This document shows, one piece after another, positions 11,935 to 24,069 of a stretch of 64,000 nucleotides of DNA; position 1 is the first letter of the stretch; every line of letters begins with the position of its first letter. The stretch covers positions 13,578,001 through 13,642,000 of the forward strand of contig NC_087436.1 of assembly GCF_036321535.1 (NCBI RefSeq), read 5' to 3'. Below the pieces are notes generated by a model that saw only the letters and a program-made list of their open reading frames with translations, was not told where the DNA came from and did no database searches. The translations under genes and the position numbers were made by a program. This DNA comes from Camelus dromedarius (lineage: Eukaryota).

Positions 11935-12908
11935 GGTCAAAAGATACAAATTCCCAGTTATAAGATACATAAGTTCTGGGAATGTAACATACAGCATGGT
12001 GACTATAGTTAATAATAGTGTATTATACTTTTGAAAGTTGCTAAGAAAGTAGATCTTAAAATTCTCAACAAAAGAGCAAAGTTGTAACTATGTGAAATGA
12101 TGGATGTTAAACTTATTGTGATAATTATCTCACAATATATACATATATCAAATAATTATGTTATACACCTTAAACAAATACAATTGTACATGGCAATCAT
12201 ATTGCAATAAAACTGCGGGGGTGGGGGGAACACATTAAGATACCACTACATGCTCACTAGAATGGCTAAAATTAAAGATTGACAATACCAAGCATCGGTA
12301 AAGATGTTGAATAACTGAAACTCTCATATGTTGCTGGTGGGAATGCAAAATGATATACCCACTTAGGGAAAATTTGATCATTTCCTGTAAAATTAAATAT
12401 GCACTTACTCAGTGACCCAGCAATCTCAATCCTGGGTATTTACCCACAAGAAATGAAAAAAAATAAGTCCACACAAAAGCATGTACTTTATTCAGAGCTA
12501 GAAACAACCCCAATATCTATCAACTCGTGAATAGATAGATTGTTGTGTATCTGTACAAGAGAAAGCTACTCAACATAAGAAGGCAGAGCCACTGAAATAT
12601 GCAAGAATGGATGATCTGAAAGGAATTATATTAAGTGAAAGAAGTCAGACACAGACAATAAATATTATAGAACCCATTCATGTGAAATTCTACACAAAGC
12701 AAAACTGTGACAGAAAGCAGAGCTATCAGGGAGCCAGGTGGGGGAATGGACTGACCACAAAGGGGGATGCAGGGGACTTCGAGGGCAATAGAAATGTTCT
12801 GTATCATGATTGTGACTGCAGTTACATGACTGTCTCTGTCAAGCTCATCAAACTGTACTTTTTAAATTGATAAATTTTATTGCATATAAATTATCTTAAA
12901 AAAAAAAC
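11935..12908 (+). mobile_element. Two adjacent L1 fragments inside the pseudogene (L1MA-type 3'UTR ~11935-12215; older L1M ORF2-end/3'UTR ~12230-12908)
   Basis: Motifs gactatagttaataatagtgtattatacttttgaaagttgctaag and gataccactacatgctcactagaatggctaaaattaaa; A-tail at ~12898-12908. Confidence 0.8.
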
Positions 12909-13569
12909 CGACTTTGGTAAATCTTCCCTCCAAGTACAAAGGATGGATATATCAGATCTCCAAAACAGAGGTGCCATCTCTTGCTAGTCTTTGGGAGAAG
13001 GAAGGAGAAAGCACCTAATTTCTTTGGCGGGTCATCCTGCCTTACATATAAAACATCTCCTTTCACCTTAATAAGTTTACTTTCATTTCTCTCACTTGCA
13101 ACCCAAAGAGATTTGACTAAGATATTTCTTGATGGAAAGAAAATTGTTTCTTAATTGTTTGAAGTCCAAACTACCTAGAAATATAGTATAAAATCTTCTA
13201 ATATCATATTCAGATGCTTTATCCCTCTGGAATGCTACTTTCCAACTTTTCACCTTGCCAATAGCACACCATGCATATTCAGAGCAATTCACCACCCAAA
13301 TTTTACAAAGTTCATTCCAGGACTAAACTTGTCATCCTATAATGATTCCAGAAATTAAGATCTTCCTAGCAAGAATGGTCTAAATGTTTATTCTTTAAAA
13401 AGAAAGAAAGAAAGACCAACCAAATCTTTCAGAGTAAAATTGACTGCTTCAGCTGTCAGCCCCAGTGACTGATCTTCTACCTTGATTTCAAACTTCTTGG
13501 TACATTTTGCCAAGGCTTAGAAGCATCAATCTTAAGTTCATTCAGAATAGAAATTCCATAAAAATTTTG

Positions 13570-13622
13570 TTTTTTAAATTTTTTTATATATATATTTTTA
13601 TTGAAGTATAATCAGTTTACAG
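13570..13622 (-). mobile_element. Very short 5'-truncated L1 3' end inside the pseudogene
   Basis: Reverse complement reads ctgtaaactgattatacttcaataaaaa plus an A-rich tail, matching the L1 terminus at 48383-48413. Confidence 0.7.
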
Positions 13623-13689
13623 TAATTTAGATAATTTGTAAATATTTCAGGAGTCTGAAACTTGGGAAATGAAAAAAAGAAAGAGGGAA

Positions 13690-13882
13690 AGAGATAAACA
13701 AGATTATACTGTGTAGCACAGGGAAATATATACAAGATCTTATGGTAGCTCACAGAGAAAGGAATGTGACAATGAATACATGTATGTTCATGTATAACTG
13801 AAAAATTGTGCTCTACACTGGAATTTGACACAACATTGTAAAATGATTATAAATCAATAAAAAATGTTAAGAAAAAAAAAAA
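13690..13882 (+). mobile_element. Young L1 3'UTR fragment with poly(A) and TSD, inside the pseudogene
   Basis: ataaacaagattatactgtgtagcacagggaaatata...caataaaaaa. TSD aaagagggaa at 13680-13689 and 13883-13892. Confidence 0.85.
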
Positions 13883-16109
13883 AAAGAGGGAAGGAGATTT
13901 TTCTTCAAGTTCTTTGATGCTCTATCCCAGAAGCAAAGGACCGAGCTATGAAGATGACATTGAGATAAGCTGCTATAATTTAGGTCCAAATATACGAGAC
14001 TGTCAAGGACAAGGCAAATAATTTTCATCTGTTGCAGGACTTGTTCTAGACGAAAGAAAAGGAGCTTCCAAATTCACATACACCTGCTGAATGTGGCTGG
14101 ATGTAACTGTTATGAGGGCGTGGGCTTTGCTCTCCTTTTTGCAGTGAAGTATCATCAGCCCTGAGAGCATGGAAGGTACTGTCACCTACTACTTGTTGGG
14201 TGGGGAACTGACATGCCCCTTCAGAGCATCAATTAGGTCCAGAGGAATGGAGTATAAACATTGGAGATTCAGCTGGAACTGCAAGGAGAGAACTCTGACC
14301 GGTGGCTTCTTGCTCCAGCTTCCTACCATTGCCACACAATAGCCGACCTCATTTAAAGACAAGAATGAAGACATACAGTGTATTCTTTCCAATCACAGAG
14401 TCAGACACAACCGTGAGTGAGCAACTGGTATCGTTGTAATATCTGTAAGGGTTTTATGTCCTCATCAGGCAGGAAGAATATGAAAAGAACACAAAAGTTC
14501 ATCCACTTCCAAATTCCTTGGAGCTCCTTGGAAAATATTTTGAAATATCTAGACTCAAATAACTGTTAAATCCAACCATGTGGTGTGGCAGTCTGGGTAG
14601 GAGATGCTACCTTCTGTGTGGATGGAAAAAATGAGCTCATGATAATGACAAACCCAGGGACATGAGCTGTGTGACCACTGTCTTCTTCAGGTCCCAGTCA
14701 TATTATAAAGCATAACCAGGGTTCAGTGCGTACTAAACAGGGTCACAGACGAGACTACTGCCAGCTTCCTGGTCAGTATCATTGGCCAACTGTCTAAGAG
14801 GGAATCCCCGAATTATGTATGGTGCTGTAATGTCACTTAAACTATTTTAACATTTAATTAGCTGAGTTTGTCAGTAGGATCAAACAAAAGCTAAGGTTCC
14901 TTTTAAATGGTGTTTAAATTCGGTATATTTATAAATAAATATAGTCCAACCTAAAAGCTGAAGGAATGACAAGGTTTTTAATTTGGCAAATTTAGTAATT
15001 TAGATAGTAAATCATAAAGCCAGGGCAAACTTCTGAATTATCTCTTCTGCAGACAAAATTTTGTGGGGATATTAAAATAATGCCAACATTGACAAAATTA
15101 AATTTGAGTCACTAGAGAAAGAAATGTGCTAAGTGCTTCCTTTCTCCCCATGTTAACTGCTGCTCTTCCTCCTCTGCTGTGTCCACAGCTTCCTCCAGCC
15201 TGCATCAGTTGTGGCCTCATCTTCCAGTCTGCCAGTGTCCTTCTGTGTCCTGCCAGTGCTCCTGCCTCTTCCATATTTATTTAAAGCAAACAAACAAACA
15301 AAAATCAACGACATCTATCTTCCTCAGGTGTCTCTCTTTCTCTTCTTTCATACACCAGCTCTGGAAAGAGCGCTTCACATGTCCAGTCTCTATTTCCTCT
15401 CCTCTTGCCCTGTCTTCACTCTCCTCCAATAAGGCTTCCACCCCTGTGACTCCAAACAGCTTGCAAAGGTTATCAGCGATCACTATGTCGCTGACTCTCT
15501 TCCTGTCGCCTAGAACAGTTAGAACAGATCTCATTGTGACACTCCTTCCTTCTTAAAACATCCTCTCCCTTTGCTTCCATGACTCCACATGCTTAGTTTC
15601 CCTTTTTGACTCTCCTTTTCAGACTTATCCTTCCCTTCGCTGTTTCCCAGGTCTAGATCCTAGGCCACTCCTCACTGGCTGCTTTCTTCCTGAGGAGTCT
15701 CGTCTGTGCTCATCTGCGTGCCAGCTCCTTTCCAGTTGAAGTCTCCTGCACAGACATCTCAACAAGCTGCAGACCTAGAGAGGCAGCTGCCTTCTTGAGA
15801 CGTGTCCACGTGGGTGTCTCAGAGCAGTCCACTCAGCATGTCCAAGTTTGAGCTCATGACACCTCTTCCCGAGGCTGACCCCCTCCCAGCGTTCTTTATT
15901 TCAACACCTGGCACCACCATGCACCCAGATGACTCTGCTGGGAGACTTGTCCTGCTGATTTTACCTCGAATCCATCCAACTCTTTTTACTCCTACTTTCG
16001 TCATCCTAGTTCAAGCTACCTTCACCTGTTGTCTCGACTCCAAAAACAGCCTCCCAGTGGTCTCACCTGCTTTGCCTTCTCCGTATCGCTTGCTTCACCC
16101 TGCATCTAG

Positions 16110-16445
16110 GGCAGCCATGACTCATGAAAATATCACCGGAGCCACTAGTGCAAGCTGCTTATGTGATTTTAAATGCCCTGGTAGCTACATTTAAACAGGT
16201 AAGCAAGAAACGGGTAAAACGGATCTTAATTACAAAATAAAATTATTTTATTTAACCTAAAACATTATCATTCCCATATGTAATGACTATGAAAAAATTA
16301 ATGAGCTATTTCACATTCCTTTTTCATGCTGTCTTTGAAATCCAGTGTATAGTCCACATTGATAGCACATCCCAGCAAAGACCAGCAACACTTCAAGTGT
16401 TCAATATCCATACGTAGCTAGTGGCAACCATTGGACAATACGGAT
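16110..16445 (+). mobile_element. hAT-Charlie non-autonomous DNA transposon (MER33-like) nested in L2
   Basis: atgtgattttaaatgccctggtagctacattt...cttcaagtgttcaatatccatacgtagctagtggcaaccattggaca resembles the recalled MER33 consensus. Confidence 0.7.
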
Positions 16446-16751
16446 CTAGAATGATCATTTAACAATGGAACTGATCATTTCATCCCACCTCAAGCTTAAG
16501 ATTCTTCTATGGCTTCCAAATCATTCTTGGATGAGGATCTAAATATTTAACGTAGACTACAAGTTCCTGCAGGATCTGTGGTGCAGCTCGTGCTTAAATT
16601 TCCTGTCTCTGCCTCCTGTCCCCATCACCACCTGTGCCAGCCACACCAGCCACATCAGACTTTCAGGTTTCCAGACACAGAGTTTCCACTCACCACAGAT
16701 CCTTTGCATATGCTGTTTCCTCTGCTGTGAATGCCATTCTCTATTAACATC

Positions 16752-16872
16752 CCCTCCACCATCACTATCAACCCCACCATCACCACCACCTCCATCATTA
16801 CAGAATCGCCAGCACCACCACCACCTCCACCAGCACCACCGCCACCTCCACCAGCAGCATCACCACCACCTG
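16752..16872. repeat. Degenerate (CAC/CCA)n trinucleotide repeat
   Basis: caccatcac...agcaccaccaccacctccaccagcaccaccgccacctccacc. Confidence 0.9.
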
Positions 16873-17895
16873 CCGCAGAGACTCACTTCTCCTTCAGGTC
16901 CCCACTCACCTTCACTTCCCTTACTTTTCACCCTAGATATGCCTTCCTTTCCTTCATAGCATTTAGCTTAGTTCGTAGCTGTGTCCTCCCAAGTGTGTGA
17001 TTAATGCCTGCCTCTTTCACCAGGCCATAAACAGAACTGGTGTGTTTAACTCACCATTGTATTCTCAGTGTTTACCCAGTAACTTGTATGTAGTACGGTT
17101 CAGTAAAAACTTTTGAATAGATAAATGAATCACTCAAGATAATCAGGAAATGAAGAACTATAAAATGGGGCACGGAATAGAGCTTGAAGAATGGAGGAGA
17201 AGTCAGTGAACACTGTCAAATTGGGTGAGTAGAATCCAAAGCGGGGATGGAGGAGTGGGAGGTAATTACTTCAGTTGAGACCTTACCTTGTGTTAATCTC
17301 TCCGCGTGTTGTTTAATGTGTGTTTGTTTAATGCGTTAGCAAGTCTATGAGGCAGGCATTATCTGCATTTTAAACTTAAAGAGGCTCAGAAGGGTCCGAG
17401 GCCTGCCAGGTGACACAGTTAAGATTGAAGCCTCCTTCTGTCTGATTTCCAAGCCCCTGAACCATGCATTTCACTAGGTTTCCATAGACAACTTCCTAGG
17501 CTTCACAATCTTGCTAGACTTGATCGATGAGAATAATATTATTGAATGAGAATGTGCCTGAACACTCAAAGGACAGAAAAGGCTAGATTTGTTATAGTGT
17601 ATATGCATGTGCCCCTATATTGTTGCAAAGTTTCTTTATATAAACGTTGCCCCAATGCGTTGCACAATTCAAGGGTGATTGCCTCATGTGAGACTCTTAA
17701 GCAAAACAAACCCGGCCTGAAATGATGTCATTTACTATTTCAAGTCCAAGAAGGAAGTTAAATGATGATTGAATAATGGCTCGTATGGAACATTCTCAAA
17801 TACCAATTGATTTTCCTTCCTGTTTAAGTGAGGTTGTGCACATATAGTGCTTAACAGAAAGCTTGGCATAGAGAAAGAGATCAATCATCGTTAGC

Positions 17896-18740
17896 TGGTG
17901 GTATTATGGTCATGATCATGATTGTTCCTGGCTCATTACAGCTCTTCGCTTATTTTCTGCATACATCTAAACTATTAGTTCTTAAAAATATGCTGTGCTG
18001 GCTCAAAAAGACTCACATGAGTCGCGGCCAAAGTCAGCTTCTGAACTGACTCAGGGCAGCTGCCAACCGTGGCCCATGCACCACAGGGCACAGACCCAGA
18101 GCTGAACCGGCCGGTGTCCAGGGCTCAGCACAACCCCTCGGCGCCCTCCTCCACCGTGTTATGGGAACAACGGAGCATGGCTTGTAAGGGCAAGAGCTTT
18201 GTGGTCACAGCAAGTTGGTTTCAGAGCTTGCCTCTTCCACCTGCCCACTCTGTCACCGATCACAAGACTCAGTTTCACATCTGTTACAGGGGGACGATAA
18301 TTCTTAGCCAGAGGACAGTGCCAGGAATCTGGTAAATGTTCAGTGTTAGCTATTATTTTTAAGAAAGGTCCTGGCATTGAAACTATGGGAACTCAGTTCT
18401 TGCTCTAGTTTGCTGGAGGTTGGCCAGTCTACTCAAATTGTCATTTCTCCTGGAAGAAAGGAATATCACACTGTCGCTTGCTTGGCCCACAGCCACCCTT
18501 CTATTTCCTGATTTCCCGAACCAGTTGGTTCAGCGCTGGGTCTGTGCTCCGTGGTGCATGGGCCACGGCTGGCAGCTGCCCTGAGTCAGTCCAGGAGCTG
18601 ACTTTGCCAGAGACTCATGTGAGTCCTTTAGAGCCAACACAGTGTATTTTTAAGAACCAATATTTCAGCATGTACGCAGAAAATAAATGAAAAGCCGTAA
18701 TGAGCCAGGAGCAATCATGATCATGATCATAATAAAACCA
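17896..18740. repeat. Long inverted repeat: arms ~17896-18115 and ~18520-18740, spacer ~400 bp containing a MIR fragment (~18170-18360)
   Basis: Manual alignment of 17902-18108 to the reverse complement of 18527-18734 gives 25 differences over 208 columns (~88% identity). Confidence 0.95.
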
Positions 18741-20472
18741 TGAAAATCCTGACCATTGCCCCCAGCCCCACAGAACCTGCTAAGATTAGTGATGGCATCT
18801 CCAGGTAGCGAGGGAGCAGGAGGAACGTCACCTCGTCGACCGTGAACCTGCTACGGGTGCAATGAGGTCTGATCCTCCCTCAACTGTCCATCTGTCTGAC
18901 GGTCAAGACTGGCTTCTGAAAAATTAGGATGCTCTGACTCTTTTTTGTTGTGAGATATACTATTTCAGAGTGACTTAAAAACATTTCTGACCTGAAAGTA
19001 AAGCAGGGAGGCAGTGCTAAGTGCAGTCTTCACCTAGTGACCATCTCTGTAAAACGAACTTACTAGAGTAATTGTGAAAATTAGGCAAAATGCCACGTGC
19101 AAAACACAAACAGTGCCTGGCCTTTTGTGACCTCATGAGCCCTGGTCAGAAGACAAGCTGTTGACCGAGGAACTCTTAAGACATATGAAATTGCAAAGCT
19201 CAAAGCTGTGTTGGCAGAGGATGAAAATTCAGAGAGGAAATTAAACGACGTGAGTGGGTGTGGACATCTGGGTAAATTTTTTCTCCTCAGTCTTTCCTAA
19301 AAAGCCTTTGTCTCTAACCTTAAGCCAATTGCCAGGAAAGTTACCAGATAACAATTCTCCCCCAAATAATCAGATCCCAAACCTACCTTGTCTCCGGCCC
19401 TCTGTGTGCGGAAGACTCAGCAGGCCAGGAAAGGCCTTGTCCAGTGTAGACCAGACAGCAAGTCCCCAGCCGTCCCCCTGTGTCACTGTCAAAGAGACAG
19501 GTGTGACCAAGAAAGAATTAGTCCTTAAGGGACCTGGAGTGGAGCAACCGGTCAGAAATTCTCTGTGAACATCGTGGCGTCGGCATCCACTTGGCTCAGT
19601 AAGTCCCTTTGAGAAAAGGCAGGTATACCAGGGAATGTAAATGCCACTGGGCTTTGGAGTTTAGGATGAATATTGTCTCCTTCTTACCAATTAGACAAGC
19701 TTAGCTTCTCTCGGACAGTGAGAGCAGGGATGACAGGGGTGGAGGTACAACATGGGAGCCGAGGGAGTTGCCTCACACAGGTTCAGTTGGGACAATGAAG
19801 GCAAAGTGTTTGGGAAGAAGGGGGATCCCCTCAGAAGTAGCGCATAGAGTCCAGGACAGGGAAAGGAGACGCAGAAGGACCCACTGAATGACAGCATTGT
19901 TGGCAGAAGGGTTTTGCCCCTTTGTCAGGGGAGGGCTCCGGGTAAATCTTCTCATCACTCTCGGAGGAGGGAGCCCCGGGGCTGGGCTTTGGGGCGGGAA
20001 GGATGGCAAGGATGCTGCTCTCTTTTCCAAGACTGAGGGATGACCTGCTGAGGATGCTGTCCCTGGCACCCACAGAAACACTCAGACCCTTGCCCAACTG
20101 TGCCAACGCCTGCTCTGCCAGGAACCGGGACAGAGGCAGCGCTGTCTGGCCGCAGGACGTCCAGTGAAGGACTGCATTAAAATTCCACTCTTGCATAATG
20201 TGCTTCACAGAAATTTCAGATGTAGGAAATGAAAGTGATGGCTGCGGAGAGCCTGAACTTCCTCTGAAACTGCCCTAGCCGGGCACAAGCCTTCTGTGCT
20301 GGCGAGGGGAGCACGGCAGGAGAGGAGGGGCCTACTGGATGTCAAGCACCTATTGGGTGCCCCCTTATTTGTGTCCTGTCAACATTTACTCCGTGTGTCC
20401 TTTGGTCACCCGTTTGCTAGGGTGAACAGTCCAAAGTCATGGTCCTCGCCCTCGAGAAGCTCACAGTGTTCA

Positions 20473-20750
20473 AAATGAACAAATTTAACAAAACAGAAAC
20501 AGATTCACGGATACAAACAACAGATGGGAGAGGTGTGGGGGCAGGGCAAAATGGGGGCAGGGACTTAAGAGCTACACTCTTAGGAATAAGGAGGTAAGAT
20601 ACAAGGATGTCATGGACAGCACAGGGAAAATGGCCAATACCTTCTAAGAGCTTTAGAAGCATAATCTATAAAAACATACAGTCACTCTGTAGTACATTTG
20701 AAACTAATATATTACTGTAAATCAACTATTTTTCAATGGAAAAAAAAAAA
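20473..20750 (+). mobile_element. L1 3'UTR fragment with poly(A)
   Basis: aaatgaacaaatttaacaaaacagaaacagattcac...atcaactatttttcaatggaaaaaaaa; flanked by the direct repeat ctcacagt. Confidence 0.8.
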
Positions 20751-21349
20751 GACTCACAGTCTTATGAGGAAGAGATAAATTGTGCAAGTAATTCCAAGAA
20801 GGACAACGTGAACGTAGTACACACGAGGCGGAAGTCTCGCCACAACCCCGTGAAAGAATTATGAAGCCCATTTTGCAACCTGAGGCTCAGAGAGGTCAGA
20901 GAAGCTGGTAAGAGGTACCGCCGGGATCTGACATCCAGGTACCCAGTTCCACAGCCCACATTCTCTCTATCGGCTGACCTCATATGTGCCACGTGCACGT
21001 CACTGGGGTGGGAGCTTGAATAACGATCTACTCTATTCAAAGAGCTTCATACCCTCAAAGGGTGAAGAGTTGCACAAGTAGGTGGATTTGCCAAGAGCAG
21101 GAGAACAGAAAGCGACAGGAAAGGGGGCCCCGCCCTTACTGGGCCAGCGGTCTCGTGTGCATTATTCAGTGTTTCTGAGTGTCAGTGTCTTGGAAGTGTT
21201 AACCTTTTTACAAGGTTGTTACGAAGATGACATTAGAGGGTAGAGGTGAAAGGTGGTTTGTAAATTAAAACCACTGTTCTCATACATACTTTCCAGCTCT
21301 GGAAGGTAACAGTAACTGCCTCGGGAGCAAAGGGCTGGCATGCTTACTG

Positions 21350-21625
21350 CTCAGTTTGAAAGATTTGAGTTCCCCAAGCTCAAGGTCCCTCCTCCATCAC
21401 ACACCCCCCTGCGTGTGCTGGTGTCACACCGCCCTGGGGGAATGTGGGCTCAGTGAACCATGCCAAGTGCTGACAGTCTAGCTGCTGCCATTGCTGTGAG
21501 TAAGAAATTGTCCTTTGTCCCTGACCCACCAGTCTCATGTGTTCCGCTAGCATCTGAGGGACTGTGACAAGCCAACCGGTTAGCTTGGAGTTGGGGTAAA
21601 GTCTCGGATGTGTCGCTTCTGGACA
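21350..21625 (+). mobile_element. ERVL-class LTR fragment (MER77-like)
   Basis: ttgctgtgagtaagaaattgtcctttgtccctgaccc...tagcttggagttggggtaaagtctc; similar to the element at ~41360-41894. Confidence 0.6.
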
Positions 21626-21629
21626 GTGC

Positions 21630-22091
21630 TGTATAAGTTTCCTATTGCTGCTTTAACAAATTACCACAGATTGAGTGTCTTAAAACAACACAGTTTTTTT
21701 TTTTATCTTATCGTTCTGGAGGTCGGACACCCAAATTGGGTCTCACCGAGCTAAAACCCTTTCTGGAGAAAAATCCATTTCCGTGCCTTTTCCTCCTTCT
21801 AAATGCCCCCTTGGCTCTACCTGGCTCCTCCGTCTTCAAAGCCAGCAGCATAACACCATCAACCCTCTCTCTGACTCTCTGGCGCCCTTCCTTCATTTAC
21901 AAGGACACTTATGATTACAGTGGGTCTAACCCAATAATCCAGAGTCCTCTCCCCATCTCCAGACCAGCTGATTAGCATCCTTAATTCCATCTGCAACCTT
22001 AGTTCCTCCTTGCCATGTAAGGTATACCTTCACAGGTTCTGGGGATGAAGATGTGGACGTCTTTGGAAGACCATTACTCTGCCTACCACAA
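21630..22091 (-). mobile_element. MaLR solo LTR (MLT1 family)
   Basis: gtataagtttcctattgctgctttaacaaattaccaca...ccattactctgcctaccaca. Confidence 0.85.
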
Positions 22092-22879
22092 CCGGTATGA
22101 CAGAAATTCAGAAGTGTGACAGCTGACAAAGGGAAGCCACTTTACATAGACCATTGCCACAAAATAGCCACATATTTGAATCTGGCTGTCTCTTAGTCTC
22201 TTGCATTGCTCAGGAGAATTATAACCATCACCGTAAACCTTACATTTTGAAGTTGCCCACGTGAGAAATGGCTCTGTTGTAAATCGAGGTCTGTCCTCAT
22301 AATTTTTGTTTTGAAGTTCATCACTTCAAACAATCACTAAGTGACTTCAGGACCATTATGTAGGTTATGTTGTAAAGCATATTTACTATTTCAGACATAC
22401 ACTCCAGGTTTGGCGTGTGAAAATGCTAATAGCCAACTCCTCACGACACAGTTAAGACCAATGGAAGTTTTATTTTATCTGTATGGATTAAGAAACACTC
22501 ATTTTATATTAAAACTTATTTTTGGCTTTAGCATAAATTTTGTCCTACCAGGGATTGAATCATATCATCTTGTGCATAATGAGAACTGGAACTCAAGGAT
22601 GATTTTATGACAGAGGTTTAATTGCTAGAGACTTTTCAAAACATATGTATACAAATGACATTTAAATGTACATATTATATTTAATGACTGTATTATGGGT
22701 AAGAATCGCTCTCTGAAGTTAAGCAAAATCAAGTTCTTTCCCATTTATTCATTCATCCCATAAATATGTACTGGGCGCCCACTATGTGCCAAGCAACGCT
22801 GGGGAAAAAGAAGTGAACAAAACAAATCTCTGCCCTCTTGGGGGCTCACTGTTGTCAGGCGGGTGAGGAGACCAACATG

Positions 22880-23360
22880 GTGGCACATCTTCACTGGGTT
22901 CTCTGCTCAGGGTCTCATCAGGCTGAAATCTAGATACCAACTAAGCCTTTCATCACAGCCCAAACTAGGAAAAGATTCCCTTCCAATAGTTCCCAGGTGT
23001 TTGGCTGAATTCATTTCTTGAAGCTGTGGGTTGAGGATTTCAGCTCCTTGCTTGGGGTCACTGTTGGCGCCTAGAGGCCACCTGCAGTCTCTTGTTACAC
23101 AAGAGTCTCCAATATGACCACTCACTTTATGACAGCTTGCTTCTTCAAAGCCAGCAACAGAGAGAGAGGGGTTGCTAGCAAGACGGGGGTCTTATGCTAC
23201 ATAACAGTTATGGGAGTGACAGCCCATCACCTTTTTCATATTCTATCGGTTAGAAGTAAGTCACAGGTCTTGCCCGTACTGAAGACGAGAATATTATACA
23301 AGGGCATAAACAGCAGGATTTAGGGGTCCTGGGGACCAGCCTGGGTGTGTCTGCTGCATT
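22880..23360 (-). mobile_element. MaLR LTR fragment (MLT1 family)
   Basis: ctctgctcagggtctcatcaggctgaaatc...gcttgcttcttcaaagccagca...agaagtaagtcacaggtcttgcc. Confidence 0.7.
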
Positions 23361-24069
23361 CTGGTGACCCAGGATGAGTCCAAAGGGGCCATTTGTGCAC
23401 AAGGGAAACTCTAGAACATGGCCCCACCTAACCACAATCCTTCCACACGTCCAGGAAGCAGAGAGATGGAAATATTTGGTAAGCAGCACAAATGACCTCT
23501 ACAAACAAGTCAATATATAATATATCGAGTGATAATAAATGTTACAGAGAAAATAAAGTAGTGTAAGGGGAAAGGGACTGATGGCACGTGGGAGTGGGTA
23601 TTAATCAGGATAACTTAAGTTATGCTGCTGTAACAAACATAGAGAGTCCACCGTGGGTCCAGACAAGTCTCCAGGCAAATTTTGCTCTAGGTAGTGACTT
23701 AGTAACTCAGGCTAATATAGTTGCCCCCATCCTGTGATCAAACCATCTGGAACATGTGGTCTGTCTTCTTGCGACAATAGAGGCAAACATCAGTCTTATA
23801 CGTTAACTCTTAAATGCTTCAACCCAGGAGTGATGTGATTTTTGCTCAGATTCATTGTCCCAAGCATCAAAAGTTCATAAGAAACAGAAACAAAACCAAC
23901 AAATCACTGACATAGTAATTAGTAACCTTGCTTGTTTTGCAAAATAAATTAAATTAAGCTTTGCTTGTATGACCATGCAGGCAATTTTTAAGTCCGGTCT
24001 CCATTTGCATTTGATTTTAACAAAAGCTATAATGGGCAAGGAAGTACAATCTCCTCATAAGGGCTGGCA

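Larger units (their letters stand above)
10367..14347 (-). pseudogene. Tandem duplicated TLR2 pseudogene (TLR2P-like), L1-interrupted
   Basis: TM/TIR part is near-identical to 1165-1825. Decayed LRR homology continues, e.g. ttttcactgagatcc at 11474, LLDVELEDCT at ~11715-11742, gaagcatcaatcttaagttc at 13520, and CLYSIPLDLIDALK at ~14220-14262 versus [14 protein letters not shown]. Lesions: CGA>TGA at 10990-10992, a 2-bp deletion at ~10516, a ~69-bp deletion at ~10398, and L1 insertions. Remnant acceptor at 14348-14349 and ATG at 14329-14327. Confidence 0.93.
15330..17135 (+). mobile_element. Degraded L2 LINE fragments with nested elements
   Basis: Pyrimidine-rich L2-like sequence ending in the typical tail cagtaaaaacttttgaatagataaatgaat. 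Confidence 0.6.

Noticed and set aside
16731..17000. Proline-rich 89-aa ORF
   Set aside because: Translation of a (CCA)n simple repeat within L2 debris.
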